A stretch of 48,306 nt of DNA, from NCBI GenBank assembly GCA_016939415.1, contig JAFGGZ010000054.1:1-48306 (forward strand), in the 5' to 3' direction. The notes under the pieces are model-generated. The model had not been told where the DNA came from and did no database searches. It saw nothing but the letters and a program-made list of their open reading frames with translations. The stretch is from Candidatus Iainarchaeum sp. (GTDB taxonomy: Archaea; B1Sed10-29; WALL01). Made by a program: the position numbers and the translations under genes. How positions within the stretch are numbered: the stretch's first letter is position 1; the number at the start of each line of letters is the position of its first letter. This document shows positions 1 to 8,680 of this stretch, piece after piece.

Positions 1-1
1 A

Positions 2-268
2 GTCCTGTTCATAGCGTTCGCCAGCAAGCTCGTGGGGTGCGGAGTGCCGACACTCCTGAAACTCCCAGTGAGAAAAGCGCTGGTGGTCGGGGCTGGCATG
101 GTGCCGCGCATAGAGATCGCGCTAGTCATCATGGGCACGGCGCTGGCAGCGGGACGGGTCGGCCAGGACGCGTACAGCGCGTTCATCGTCGTCGCCATCG
201 CCACAGTATTCCTCACACCGTGGATCATCAACATGCTGTACGAAGGCAAGAAGAGAAAACGGTTGTGA
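2..268 (+). CDS. C-terminal fragment of a cation:proton antiporter-like membrane protein (5' end outside window)
   Basis: Frame is open from the window edge to the stop at 266-268. Hydrophobic sequence GAGMVPRIEIALVIMGTA resembles the last TM helices of CPA-type exchangers. Basic KKRKRL tail. Confidence 0.55.
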   Translation, partial: VLFIAFASKLVGCGVPTLLKLPVRKALVVGAGMVPRIEIALVIMGTALAAGRVGQDAYSAFIVVAIATVFLTPWIINMLYEGKKRKRL

Positions 269-461
269 CACGAAGACAGTAAACATTATTACTCCGGAGG
301 GGGGAGTGTTTTGAAACGTGCTTACTGAAGAAGCCCAAAAAAAAAATGTTTTGACGAAAAAGCGCTTGAGTACGACGACACAGGCAAAGAAACATTGCGG
401 ATAGTGCTCAGACAGCACGACTCGTTCAGAAAGTCCCTGAAAGGATAAGCCTTTCCCTGCC

Positions 462-1325
462 TCACGCCATAACGCCCAAGGCATACGAAGCCGCCTGGCT
501 CGCGCGCATGGGCTCGCTGCTCTTCGGCCCGAGGCGCACAACTGCTTTGCACGCCTTCTGCGTGGACAAGCGCAGGCCACGCTCCTCGTTACCGAACACC
601 AGCGCCACCGGCCCTGAAAGCTTCTTCAAGCACGACTCATCCTCCTTCCCCCACAACGAAAAAGCGATGGCATCCATATCGCCGACAGCCTGCTCGGTGG
701 TGCGGAACACCTGCACGCTCATCTTCTCATGACCCTTAACAATGCCCTTCGCTTCCTGCACAGCGTGGAGGGATCGGATGTCGCCGCCGGTACTCACACG
801 CACTTCCAAACCGAAGCATATGCCCAATCGCAGGAAGTCAGCGACCTCGAACGCAGTCTTCGGCGACTCGAGCACCAGCACGACTGAGGGACGCGCCACT
901 GACTGCGGCGCGGAAAACGTGCCAACACGCACGAGAACCGAGTCACCTGTCTTCTTCGCCTCCAGATACAAGACATTATCCTCGTTCTCAACCACCTTCT
1001 TCTTCCTCAACCGCTCCCGGATGGCCCGCAAGTGGAACGGCACGTCACCGATGAAGTTCGCCTTCACAACAAAGCCTTCGGCCGGGCCCACGCGCTTCAG
1101 CACGCTCACGACATCAGAAAGCGTTCTCGTCTTCTCCTCAGCGATGATGGGTATGGCTGCGTTCACGCCGTCCACGCGCTCATTGAACTCGCCTTCGACG
1201 AGCAGCCTGCGCACGGGCACAAGCGAGTCGCTGCGCACCCTGAAGCCTTTCCGCACAAGCTCCTGCACCAGTTGCTTCTGCTCGTCAGAGTCGATGAATC
1301 GCGAGAGCTTGAGAAGGGTCTGCAT
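462..1325 (-). CDS. SPOUT (SpoU/TrmH-like) RNA methyltransferase-like protein
   Basis: 287-aa ORF. The C-terminal half has LVFGNEERGL and a following SEPMRASQAASYALG segment, resembling SpoU motifs 2 and 3. The N-terminal domain is not recognised. Confidence 0.5.
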   Translation of the reverse strand: MQTLLKLSRFIDSDEQKQLVQELVRKGFRVRSDSLVPVRRLLVEGEFNERVDGVNAAIPIIAEEKTRTLSDVVSVLKRVGPAEGFVVKANFIGDVPFHLRAIRERLRKKKVVENEDNVLYLEAKKTGDSVLVRVGTFSAPQSVARPSVVLVLESPKTAFEVADFLRLGICFGLEVRVSTGGDIRSLHAVQEAKGIVKGHEKMSVQVFRTTEQAVGDMDAIAFSLWGKEDESCLKKLSGPVALVFGNEERGLRLSTQKACKAVVRLGPKSSEPMRASQAASYALGVMA

Positions 1326-1381
1326 GACAGTGTTTACTGCCGCAGGGTTTAAATGAGTTTCATAAAAAGAAAGATGGGGGG

Positions 1382-1732
1382 TTAGAGTGCTCTCACCAGC
1401 ATCCCTGCGAACAAGCCGAACTGCAGGAACACAAAGTGGAAAGCCACTGACTCGCTCAGGACACCAAGCAGGATCGTCACCCCGGCAAGGTATTCCGGCA
1501 CTGTCTTCAGGCAGGCCCCCACCATGAATCCTGCCACGAAGAGCCAGAACCCTGTTGAACTGGCCCAGAGGGCCACCACCGGAAAAATGGGTCCATTATA
1601 CCACCCCCCGACTCGCTTCCCAGTGCAAGACCGACTTTTTGCGACCGGGGAGACGACCCCTCTGCCGAGGCCTCTTTTTCCCCGGCCGCTACCGCGCTGC
1701 CAGCGCAGCCACACGCCCCACTGCCCAGCCAA
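1382..1732 (-). CDS. hypothetical small membrane protein
   Basis: 116-aa ORF with an Arg/Gly-rich N-terminus and two or three hydrophobic helices. It faces the AT-rich divergent promoter region. The start codon is uncertain. Confidence 0.35.
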   Translation of the reverse strand: MAGQWGVWLRWQRGSGRGKRGLGRGVVSPVAKSRSCTGKRVGGWYNGPIFPVVALWASSTGFWLFVAGFMVGACLKTVPEYLAGVTILLGVLSESVAFHFVFLQFGLFAGMLVRAL

Positions 1733-1744
1733 GACACGCTAGGC

Positions 1745-1873
1745 GCACGTAATATTATGTGTATGCTAAAACATATAGTCATACGGTGAATTATAATACA
1801 AATAGTAATCTTCACATAAAACGAATAGTACAAAAAGTAAGATATTAATACCAGAAAATGCATAAACATAGAC
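1745..1873. promoter_or_regulatory. AT-rich divergent promoter region
   Basis: About 130 nt of strongly AT-rich sequence with several TATA-like elements, lying between divergent ORFs 1382-1732 (-) and 1874-2347 (+). Confidence 0.4.
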
Positions 1874-2347
1874 ATGTTGACCATGACAGAGATGAAGGTG
1901 CTGAAAAGCATCGTGAGTGGCGCGCGCAAGAGCATCGCCGACATCGCGAGAGAGACGAAGCTTACGCGGCAGACAGTGTACAGGACACTCAAAAACCTTG
2001 AGGCAGATGGCACGATACAGGAATTCACGACAACGGTCAGGCCATCAAGGCTCAACCTCGAACTCAAGTGCTACATGCTGATCCACACATCGGCGCAAGG
2101 CGACTACACCGAACTCGAGGCAGCGGTCGCAAGCATCCCCGAAGTCTCGCAGATGCACTACATCCTGGGCAGGTACGACGTCATCATAGAGGCATGCCTC
2201 AGGAACAAGAACGAGCTGAGGTCGCTCATACAGAAGATAGAGAAAGTCAAGCAGGTCGAGAAGTCAGAGACCTTCCTCGTCGTGGACACCATGAAGTACA
2301 AGCCGAACGACCCCGCGCTCTTCGTGCTTGACAAGGAATTACAGTAG
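1874..2347 (+). CDS. Lrp/AsnC family transcriptional regulator
   Basis: N-terminal HTH (SIADIARETKLTRQTVYRTLKNLEADG) plus a C-terminal RAM-like domain (CYMLIH...VSQMHYILGRYDVII). Size of 157 aa is typical. Confidence 0.85.
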   Translation: MLTMTEMKVLKSIVSGARKSIADIARETKLTRQTVYRTLKNLEADGTIQEFTTTVRPSRLNLELKCYMLIHTSAQGDYTELEAAVASIPEVSQMHYILGRYDVIIEACLRNKNELRSLIQKIEKVKQVEKSETFLVVDTMKYKPNDPALFVLDKELQ

Positions 2348-3439
2348 GCGAGCCCTGCGCACGAACGGAATGGAAAGCAAGTAGGCAATGCCACCGACAG
2401 CGACTGCAAGCCGTGGGGTCCCCAGCAAGGCCAGCACAACAAGCGTGCCCAACACGCGGCCCGCATTCAAGGAGATCTCCCTCGCTACCATGCCATCAGT
2501 CAGATCCTCGGACGCGTCCGCAACAACCGTGAAAAGCATTGGGTCAGCAAGCTTCATGAAAAAAGACGCCACACCCATGAACACGACCCACGAAACCCAT
2601 GAACCTGAAACCCCTGCAAAAAGAAGGATGGCAGCAGTCACAAGCACCACGGGGTACGTGTATCGCTTGTGATCGAACTTTATGTCAGACATCTTCCCTA
2701 TGAATAGCGAGGCCGCAGCAGCAACCAACCCAAGATAAGAGAAGAACAACCCGAATCCGAACACGTCGCCGACAAGCGAGATCGTGACGAGGGGCACAGC
2801 CAGGCTCCACGCGCCCACGACCACCCCCTCGCACAAGGACACGCCATTAGCCCAACCCATCGCACGAAGACCTTTAAACGGCCTGAACGCGAGCGTCTTG
2901 CTGTCCCAGAAGCGGAGGATGAACACAGCCGACATGAAGAGGATGACAGCCCCCAGAACGAACAGCGGCGCATAACCGAAGCTAACGGCAATCCAGCCGC
3001 CGACGCCGGGCAGGAACACGCCCGCGATAACCCACGGGAAGTAGTACAACGAATTGAGGAACGCGCGATCGCCCTTGCTCGTCCTAAGCTCATACAACGA
3101 ATTGAACGGCACCCAATACTCGACCATGAGGACAGCGAACAGGACAGCCACTACATACGCTACAGGGGCGCTGAAGAACCACGCGAGGAGCAAGAAAGAC
3201 AACGCCCTCGCAAGAAGGCCGATAGACATGTGAGTCCTGGAGCTGACGCTGCGCGGCACAAGAATAAGCAGAATCGCCGAACTCCACCCAACGAGGAAGA
3301 ACACGCAAAGCTCGAAAGGCGTGAACCCGCCGGCAATCAGGAGGGGGACGATGAACACCCAAGCAAGGCTACTGGCGATAGCGTTCATCACATTGACTGC
3401 GGAAAACTTCCAGAACTCGCCATCCATCAACTCACTCAA
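2339..3439 (-). CDS. MFS-like polytopic transporter
   Basis: 366 aa with about 10-12 predicted TM helices and short basic loops. No specific subfamily recognised. Confidence 0.55.
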   Translation of the reverse strand: MSELMDGEFWKFSAVNVMNAIASSLAWVFIVPLLIAGGFTPFELCVFFLVGWSSAILLILVPRSVSSRTHMSIGLLARALSFLLLAWFFSAPVAYVVAVLFAVLMVEYWVPFNSLYELRTSKGDRAFLNSLYYFPWVIAGVFLPGVGGWIAVSFGYAPLFVLGAVILFMSAVFILRFWDSKTLAFRPFKGLRAMGWANGVSLCEGVVVGAWSLAVPLVTISLVGDVFGFGLFFSYLGLVAAAASLFIGKMSDIKFDHKRYTYPVVLVTAAILLFAGVSGSWVSWVVFMGVASFFMKLADPMLFTVVADASEDLTDGMVAREISLNAGRVLGTLVVLALLGTPRLAVAVGGIAYLLSIPFVRRARLL

Positions 3440-3875
3440 ACTCTTCCTCGATCTTCTCGATGATACGCTCGACAGTGATGAATCCCTTTATCCTACCCTT
3501 ATCCACCACGGGCATGGTCGTCACGCCATTATTCAGCATGACGGACGCAGCCTCCTCAACGCTCTGGTCCGGAGACAGGGAACGCCTGTGCCTGCGCATC
3601 AAGCCCTTCACATTCTCTGCGAAGTACTGCACGTCCACTCCGAACAAGCCCTGCAGCTTCATGCGCTTCGGGTCAACGAACAGCTTTATGAAGTCGCGCT
3701 CGTCCACCTCGCCCACGAAATGCCCGCGCGCATCCACTACCGGGATGCTGAATATGTACTTCTTCTTCAGGAGCTGCGCAACCCTCGAGAGCGGCTCCGA
3801 CTCCCTCACAGTCGGCATGTCCTGTATCATGATGTCCGAGACCTTCATCCTCTTAAGCTTATCAGCAACATCCAA
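3432..3875 (-). CDS. CBS domain pair protein
   Basis: 147 aa with two CBS-like repeats (VSDIMIQDMPTV...IPVVDARGHFVGEV and ...MPVVDKGRIKGFITVERI). Overlaps neighbours in the same operon. Confidence 0.8.
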   Translation of the reverse strand: MDVADKLKRMKVSDIMIQDMPTVRESEPLSRVAQLLKKKYIFSIPVVDARGHFVGEVDERDFIKLFVDPKRMKLQGLFGVDVQYFAENVKGLMRRHRRSLSPDQSVEEAASVMLNNGVTTMPVVDKGRIKGFITVERIIEKIEEEFE

Positions 3876-3876
3876 T

Positions 3877-5067
3877 TCAAACCGCCTCCTTCTTTTTGAT
3901 CAATAACCTGAGCATGATCGGCGTGGCGACAGCAGCCACGAGTATCAACAGCATTGCCGACGAATAGATCAACTGCCCTAACTCAGGGGGTACGATAGAC
4001 TCGCCGTGAATGTTCACCATAGTCAACCCGATTGTGGCGATGACCAGGTTTATGTCACCGCGCGGCAGGAGCGTGATGGCCATGAGAATGCTGTCCTCGT
4101 CAGGCATGCTGCACAACCTGCCAGCAGCATACGCGCCAATCGCGTTGGCTATCAATGCAACAGCAACCATCACGAAACTCAGCAGCGTCAAGTACTCCAG
4201 GTTCAGCAACAACCCCGTCCACACGAAGAACAACGGGATAAAAATCGCGTACGAAGCACTCGACAGCTTCTGGATGAACTCCGTGCGACCGATCTGGGAA
4301 CGCGACAGTATGACGCCCGCGAGGAACGCGCCGACAATGCCATCAAGACCGAAATGCTCCGCAACAAGCGCCAGCAGGATCATGAAGATGAACGCGAAAC
4401 TGAAATGCGCCTCCTCAACAGTCAACGAGTCCAAACGATCCACCAGCCAAGGAACTGCACGCTGCATTATGACGAAGAAAACAAGGAAAATACCCACAGA
4501 AACCAGCACATTCACCATGGGAAACACGTCAATGCCGCCAATCGAGAGGTACGTCATGATCGCAGTGAATATGATCAGCCCCACAACCCCATCAGCCACA
4601 GTCACCCCCAAAATCACCCTGCCAGCACGGGAAGCCATCCTCCCAGTGCTCGCCAGGCTCTTCAGAGTAATGCCGGAGTCAGTGGCAGAGAACACCAACG
4701 CGAAGAACAGCAGCGTGTTGAAGTCAAACCCCGCAAGCAAACCAACAACCATCACGCCGATGTACGGAAGGATGAAACCGAGAAAAGAAACGAGCGCAAT
4801 AGCCTTCTTGTTCTGCAACAGCTGCTGAATGTCACCCTGCGTGAAGCCGGTGATGAACAGGAGGAGGATGATGCCCAACTGCGCGAAGATATGGATCTCT
4901 TCCGCAGCAGTGATGTTAAGCACCATCGGCCCGGCAATCACGCCGGCAATGATGTAACCGAGAAGGCTGGGAAAGTTGATGCGCTCGCACAACTCACCCA
5001 ACACCTTCGCCGCAATCAACAGCACGATGAGGTTTATTATGAAGTCCAATTCACTTCCTCCACGCAT
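3877..5067 (-). CDS. cation:proton antiporter (CPA2/Kef-NapA-like)
   Basis: About 12 TM helices. N-terminus IINLIVLLIAAKVLGELCERINFPSLLGYIIAGVIAGP is typical of the family. Start set at ATG 5067; an alternative TTG at 5049 follows GGAGG. The 5139 start of the ORF track is an unlikely Cys/Trp-rich extension overlapping the ATPase gene. Confidence 0.8.
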   Translation of the reverse strand: MRGGSELDFIINLIVLLIAAKVLGELCERINFPSLLGYIIAGVIAGPMVLNITAAEEIHIFAQLGIILLLFITGFTQGDIQQLLQNKKAIALVSFLGFILPYIGVMVVGLLAGFDFNTLLFFALVFSATDSGITLKSLASTGRMASRAGRVILGVTVADGVVGLIIFTAIMTYLSIGGIDVFPMVNVLVSVGIFLVFFVIMQRAVPWLVDRLDSLTVEEAHFSFAFIFMILLALVAEHFGLDGIVGAFLAGVILSRSQIGRTEFIQKLSSASYAIFIPLFFVWTGLLLNLEYLTLLSFVMVAVALIANAIGAYAAGRLCSMPDEDSILMAITLLPRGDINLVIATIGLTMVNIHGESIVPPELGQLIYSSAMLLILVAAVATPIMLRLLIKKKEAV

Positions 5068-7666
5068 GCCCCAAGAACGGCAACAGACCAGCTGAAGACA
5101 ACGCGAACAGCACAGCCAAGTCCACCAGACCCAGCGCACTAGTGCCGAACAAGGACTGGAGCACCGGGACGTAGATCACAGCGGCCTGAAGCACTAACGA
5201 TAACACGACAGCCCCCAATAAATACTTATTGCTTGTCAATCCGCCGCGAAGCAGCGAGTTGCCAGCACTCCTGCAATTGAAAACGAAGAACATCTCGAAG
5301 AGGATAGTCGCAGAGAACGCCAGCGTCCTGGCCCGCGTCACGACGTCCGGAGAGAAAGACGAGAAATCCACGGCAAACCCTAAACCGTACCAGAAGGCGA
5401 GCAGCGTAACAGCCGAAGCGATCAGGCTGGCAGGCAAAAGCGTCGGCATAACCTCGGACAGCACACCCTTGCTGACGGGCCGGGGCTTGCGCTTCATCAC
5501 CTCAGAACCAGCCGAGTCAACGCCCAACGCCAGCGCAGGGAACCCATCCGTGACAAGATTCACCCAAAGGATCTGCAGCGGAAGGAACGGCAGCGGCAGG
5601 CCGGCAATAGCAGCAAAGCCAACCACGATGATCTCATCGAAATTGGACGACAACAGGTATTTGATGAAGTTGAGCACGTTGTCGAATATCTTGCGGCCCT
5701 CCTCCACAGCAGACACGATGGTGGCGAAGTTATCGTCCCGCAGCACCATGTCGCTAGCCTCACGCGCCACATCAGTACCAACCACGCCCATGGACACGCC
5801 GATATCAGCCGCGCGAAGCGCTGGAGCGTCATTCACTCCGTCACCAGTCACCGCAACCACGTTGCCCATAGCCTTCAATGCATTGACTATGCGGTGCTTA
5901 TGCTCGGGAGACACGCGAGCGAATATGCGCACGCTGCGCAGTGCGTGCCGCAACTGCTGATCGTTCATCGCATCCACATCAGAACCGACGAGCAGCTCAT
6001 CGCCCTCGGAGAACAACCCGACTTCCTCAGCCACAGCCCTCGCGGTGAGAGGGTTATCGCCAGTCACCACCTTAACATCAATCCCTGCCTCGAAGCATTT
6101 CTGTATGGCCTCACGCACCTCCAGCCTGGCGGGATCCCGCATGCCCACCAAGCCAACGAGCACCAAGTCATCCTCTTTCAGCGCATGACCCCCAGCATCC
6201 TTGTACGCGACAGCAAGCACGCGCAGAGCCTGTGACGCGAACCCGCTGTTCTTCTCCAGAAGAGCATCCTTGCCAGCCTTGGTGAGGCGCTTCACCACCC
6301 CATCCTCGAGCACGCGCGAGCACCGCTCCAGCACGACTTCCGGCGCGCCTTTCGTGAAAACGCGCAGTCCCTCGGGAGTGCGCACCAGAACGCTCATCAT
6401 CTTGCGCTTGGAATCGAACGGCACTTCATCCACGCGCTCGTAATGCGGGAAGATGCCGGCCTTCTTCGCCGCCATCAAAAGCGCGCCTTCTGTTGGGTCG
6501 CCTATGACTCCCGCTTCAGAGAGCACGGCATCGTTGCACGACACGAAAGCCTCGTACATCAAAGACGTTCCGCCGCTGGAAGGCAGCTCCCTACCATCGA
6601 GGAACAGCTTGATGACGGTCATGCGGTTCTCAGTGAGTGTGCCAGTCTTATCCGAGCATATAACAGTCGTGGAGCCAAGCGTCTCCACTGAAGAAAGCTT
6701 GCGGACGACTGCATTGCGTTTTGCCATGCGCTGCACACCCAGCGCGAGCGTGATGGTGACGACAGCCGGAAGGCCTTCAGGGATCGCGGAGACCGCGAGG
6801 CTTACCGCGACAAGGAACAAGGATATAAACTCAGGAGTCTGCCAGAAATCAGGCGCGGCCAGCACTGAAGGCGAGCTCACAAGCTCCAGCGCGAACAACG
6901 CCGCGATTATCACGACGATGATGAACCCCAACTTCTTGCTTATCTCGCGCAAGCGGATCTGCATAGGCGTTTCCTCGTCTTCAACAGCCTGAACCAGCCT
7001 CGCGACCTTGCCTATCTCTGTGCTCATGCCAGTCGAAGTGACGATGGCTTTCCCGCGGCCGCGCACAACCAGCGTGTTCATGAAAGCCATGCAAAGCTGC
7101 TCGTGAATCGCCGCCCCTTCAGCTGATGGCTCAACACTCTTGCTTTTGGGAAGGCTTTCGCCTGTGAGAGCAGACTCGTCGGCGTACAGGTTGATCTCTT
7201 CAAGCGTGCGGCAGTCTGCTGGCACGCGCTCTCCGACAGACAGGATGATTACGTCGCCGGGTACGAGCCCCCTCGCTGGAATGACCTGCTCCTTACCATC
7301 CCTGATGACGGTAGCGTGCGGCGCCGCCATCCCCTTCAAGGCTTCAATAGCTTTCTCAGCGCGGTACTCCTGCCAAGCGCCGAAGAATGCATTGAACAAG
7401 ACGATGACGAGTATCATGACCGCGTCAGCGACCTCGCCTACAGACGCGGATATGAGCGCGGCCATGAGAAGGATGTACACCATGAGGCTCTTGAACTGGC
7501 GGAAGAAGATAGCGAGCACAGTGGGCCTGCCGAACTCCTCGAGCTCGTTCGGTCCGTACTCCCCAAAGCGCTTCTCCACCTCAACCGATGAGAGGCCGCG
7601 CTTGGAGGATTTCAGGGCCTTGAGTACCGTGCGCACGTCCTGGGAGTGAGGATTCATCATCAGCAA
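5051..7666 (-). CDS. P-type cation-transporting ATPase (type II, Ca2+-ATPase-like)
   Basis: ICSDKTGTLTENRM phosphorylation motif, PEGLP in TM4, TGDGVNDAPAL hinge, 871 aa with 10 TM helices. Confidence 0.9.
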   Translation of the reverse strand: MLMMNPHSQDVRTVLKALKSSKRGLSSVEVEKRFGEYGPNELEEFGRPTVLAIFFRQFKSLMVYILLMAALISASVGEVADAVMILVIVLFNAFFGAWQEYRAEKAIEALKGMAAPHATVIRDGKEQVIPARGLVPGDVIILSVGERVPADCRTLEEINLYADESALTGESLPKSKSVEPSAEGAAIHEQLCMAFMNTLVVRGRGKAIVTSTGMSTEIGKVARLVQAVEDEETPMQIRLREISKKLGFIIVVIIAALFALELVSSPSVLAAPDFWQTPEFISLFLVAVSLAVSAIPEGLPAVVTITLALGVQRMAKRNAVVRKLSSVETLGSTTVICSDKTGTLTENRMTVIKLFLDGRELPSSGGTSLMYEAFVSCNDAVLSEAGVIGDPTEGALLMAAKKAGIFPHYERVDEVPFDSKRKMMSVLVRTPEGLRVFTKGAPEVVLERCSRVLEDGVVKRLTKAGKDALLEKNSGFASQALRVLAVAYKDAGGHALKEDDLVLVGLVGMRDPARLEVREAIQKCFEAGIDVKVVTGDNPLTARAVAEEVGLFSEGDELLVGSDVDAMNDQQLRHALRSVRIFARVSPEHKHRIVNALKAMGNVVAVTGDGVNDAPALRAADIGVSMGVVGTDVAREASDMVLRDDNFATIVSAVEEGRKIFDNVLNFIKYLLSSNFDEIIVVGFAAIAGLPLPFLPLQILWVNLVTDGFPALALGVDSAGSEVMKRKPRPVSKGVLSEVMPTLLPASLIASAVTLLAFWYGLGFAVDFSSFSPDVVTRARTLAFSATILFEMFFVFNCRSAGNSLLRGGLTSNKYLLGAVVLSLVLQAAVIYVPVLQSLFGTSALGLVDLAVLFALSSAGLLPFLGHAWRK

Positions 7667-7684
7667 GCCATACGCGAATGCTGT

Positions 7685-7894
7685 TTATAAACATTGGTCG
7701 GGGAAGAGCGTGGAGCTCAAGGCATCGAAGTCCTGCTCCGAGATGCGTTTCATGACAAACCCCATGCCGACCACGACAAAGTCGCCTGCACCAACATCCA
7801 CCATGGATTCAAGGCGCCGGGGAACTCCATTGACATCAACGACGACGGTCTTACCCTCAACACCAACGACCTTGCCAGGAACACTCAAGCACAT
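7685..7894 (-). CDS. hypC: HypC/HupF-family small OB-fold protein
   Basis: Starts MCLSVPGKVVGVEGKTVVVDVNGVPRR...GDFVVVGMGFVMKRI, the canonical HypC pattern with Cys2. Its ATG overlaps the upstream stop as TGATG. Confidence 0.7.
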   Translation of the reverse strand: MCLSVPGKVVGVEGKTVVVDVNGVPRRLESMVDVGAGDFVVVGMGFVMKRISEQDFDALSSTLFPDQCL

Positions 7895-8361
7895 CAGGGG
7901 ACACGCTCCACAGCCTTCGTATAATGGATGCGAAGCTTGTCTCCCCTCTTCGCTTCGGGCACAGTCCACTTGCTGACGCGGACCCGGCCTACAGGGCCTT
8001 CAACAGTGTACTCAGCGTGATGAACATCAACGATCGTCACCGTGTGGCAAACGCACTCGCGCGGGTCAAGATCCGGCTGGACTTCCATCTGCCGGCGGAC
8101 ATGGTCTGCATGCGATTTCGAGAAGTAGCTGCGAATCACATCCGAATCAATGTGCGGCTTGCCAAGGTTGCGCGCCTCAAGCTCAAGCATCTTGAGCGCA
8201 ACAGGGAACAGGTTCTCCACACGAGAGGAGATATCCCCCCGCTCCAGGAACTCTCGCTCTATGCTTCCCTGTTCTGATGCAGACAACTCCCCCCTGCGCA
8301 CGCGCGCTGCTAAGCAGGGAATGGCATAACTCAAGAACAGTTTCCGGTCCCGTATCTCCAT
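7894..8361 (-). CDS. hypothetical protein with a C-terminal HypC-like segment
   Basis: 155-aa ORF translationally coupled to the HypC-like gene. Its C-terminal CHTVTIVDV...GPVGRVRV...RGDKLRIHYTKAVERV follows the HypC OB-fold pattern. Confidence 0.5.
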   Translation of the reverse strand: MEIRDRKLFLSYAIPCLAARVRRGELSASEQGSIEREFLERGDISSRVENLFPVALKMLELEARNLGKPHIDSDVIRSYFSKSHADHVRRQMEVQPDLDPRECVCHTVTIVDVHHAEYTVEGPVGRVRVSKWTVPEAKRGDKLRIHYTKAVERVP

Positions 8362-8393
8362 AACTGTAGTGTAGGCACCAGGATTAATAAAAC

Positions 8394-8675
8394 CTACTGG
8401 GGCGGCGCCTCACCCTCTTCAGGCTTGCCGGTCGTGATGTCAATCACGCGCTGCTGTCCATCGGGAGTGCTGTAAATCACGTGCACGACACCGAACGCTT
8501 TCCCGGAATCAGTCAAAGCCTGCAACTGCGCGAGGACAGCAGTGTCCTTCACGCTGATACCACCCTCAAAAATGATTTCCGCAACCTTGAAATCGTTGTC
8601 CTTGAGCATCTTGTACGTCGTCCTGACCTCGTCTTCCATAGTCATCCGCAACACCCCTGAAGGCATTAAACACAC
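8394..8675 (-). CDS. hypothetical small protein
   Basis: 93-aa ORF in the same operon, with an alternative start MTMEDE at 8645. No recognisable motif. Confidence 0.45.
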   Translation of the reverse strand: MCLMPSGVLRMTMEDEVRTTYKMLKDNDFKVAEIIFEGGISVKDTAVLAQLQALTDSGKAFGVVHVIYSTPDGQQRVIDITTGKPEEGEAPPQ

Positions 8676-8680
8676 GAAGT

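Noticed and set aside
5068-5139. N-terminal extensions proposed by the ORF track (here, and at 7895-7969, 10575-10670, 25883-26014, 26758-26838, 28890-29120, 36743-36949, 37315-37476, 38767-38859 and 41148-41213)
   Set aside because: The extensions overlap upstream genes or have Arg/Cys/Trp-rich nonsense-like composition. Internal ATGs coincide with family-typical N-termini, SD sites or TGATG coupling junctions.
4006-5142. 378-aa plus-strand ORF (and the overlapping 272-aa ORF at 4010-4828)
   Set aside because: It is antisense to a well-supported 12-TM antiporter gene. The translation is His/Gln/Arg/Glu-rich low complexity with no motifs, typical of a GC-rich shadow ORF.
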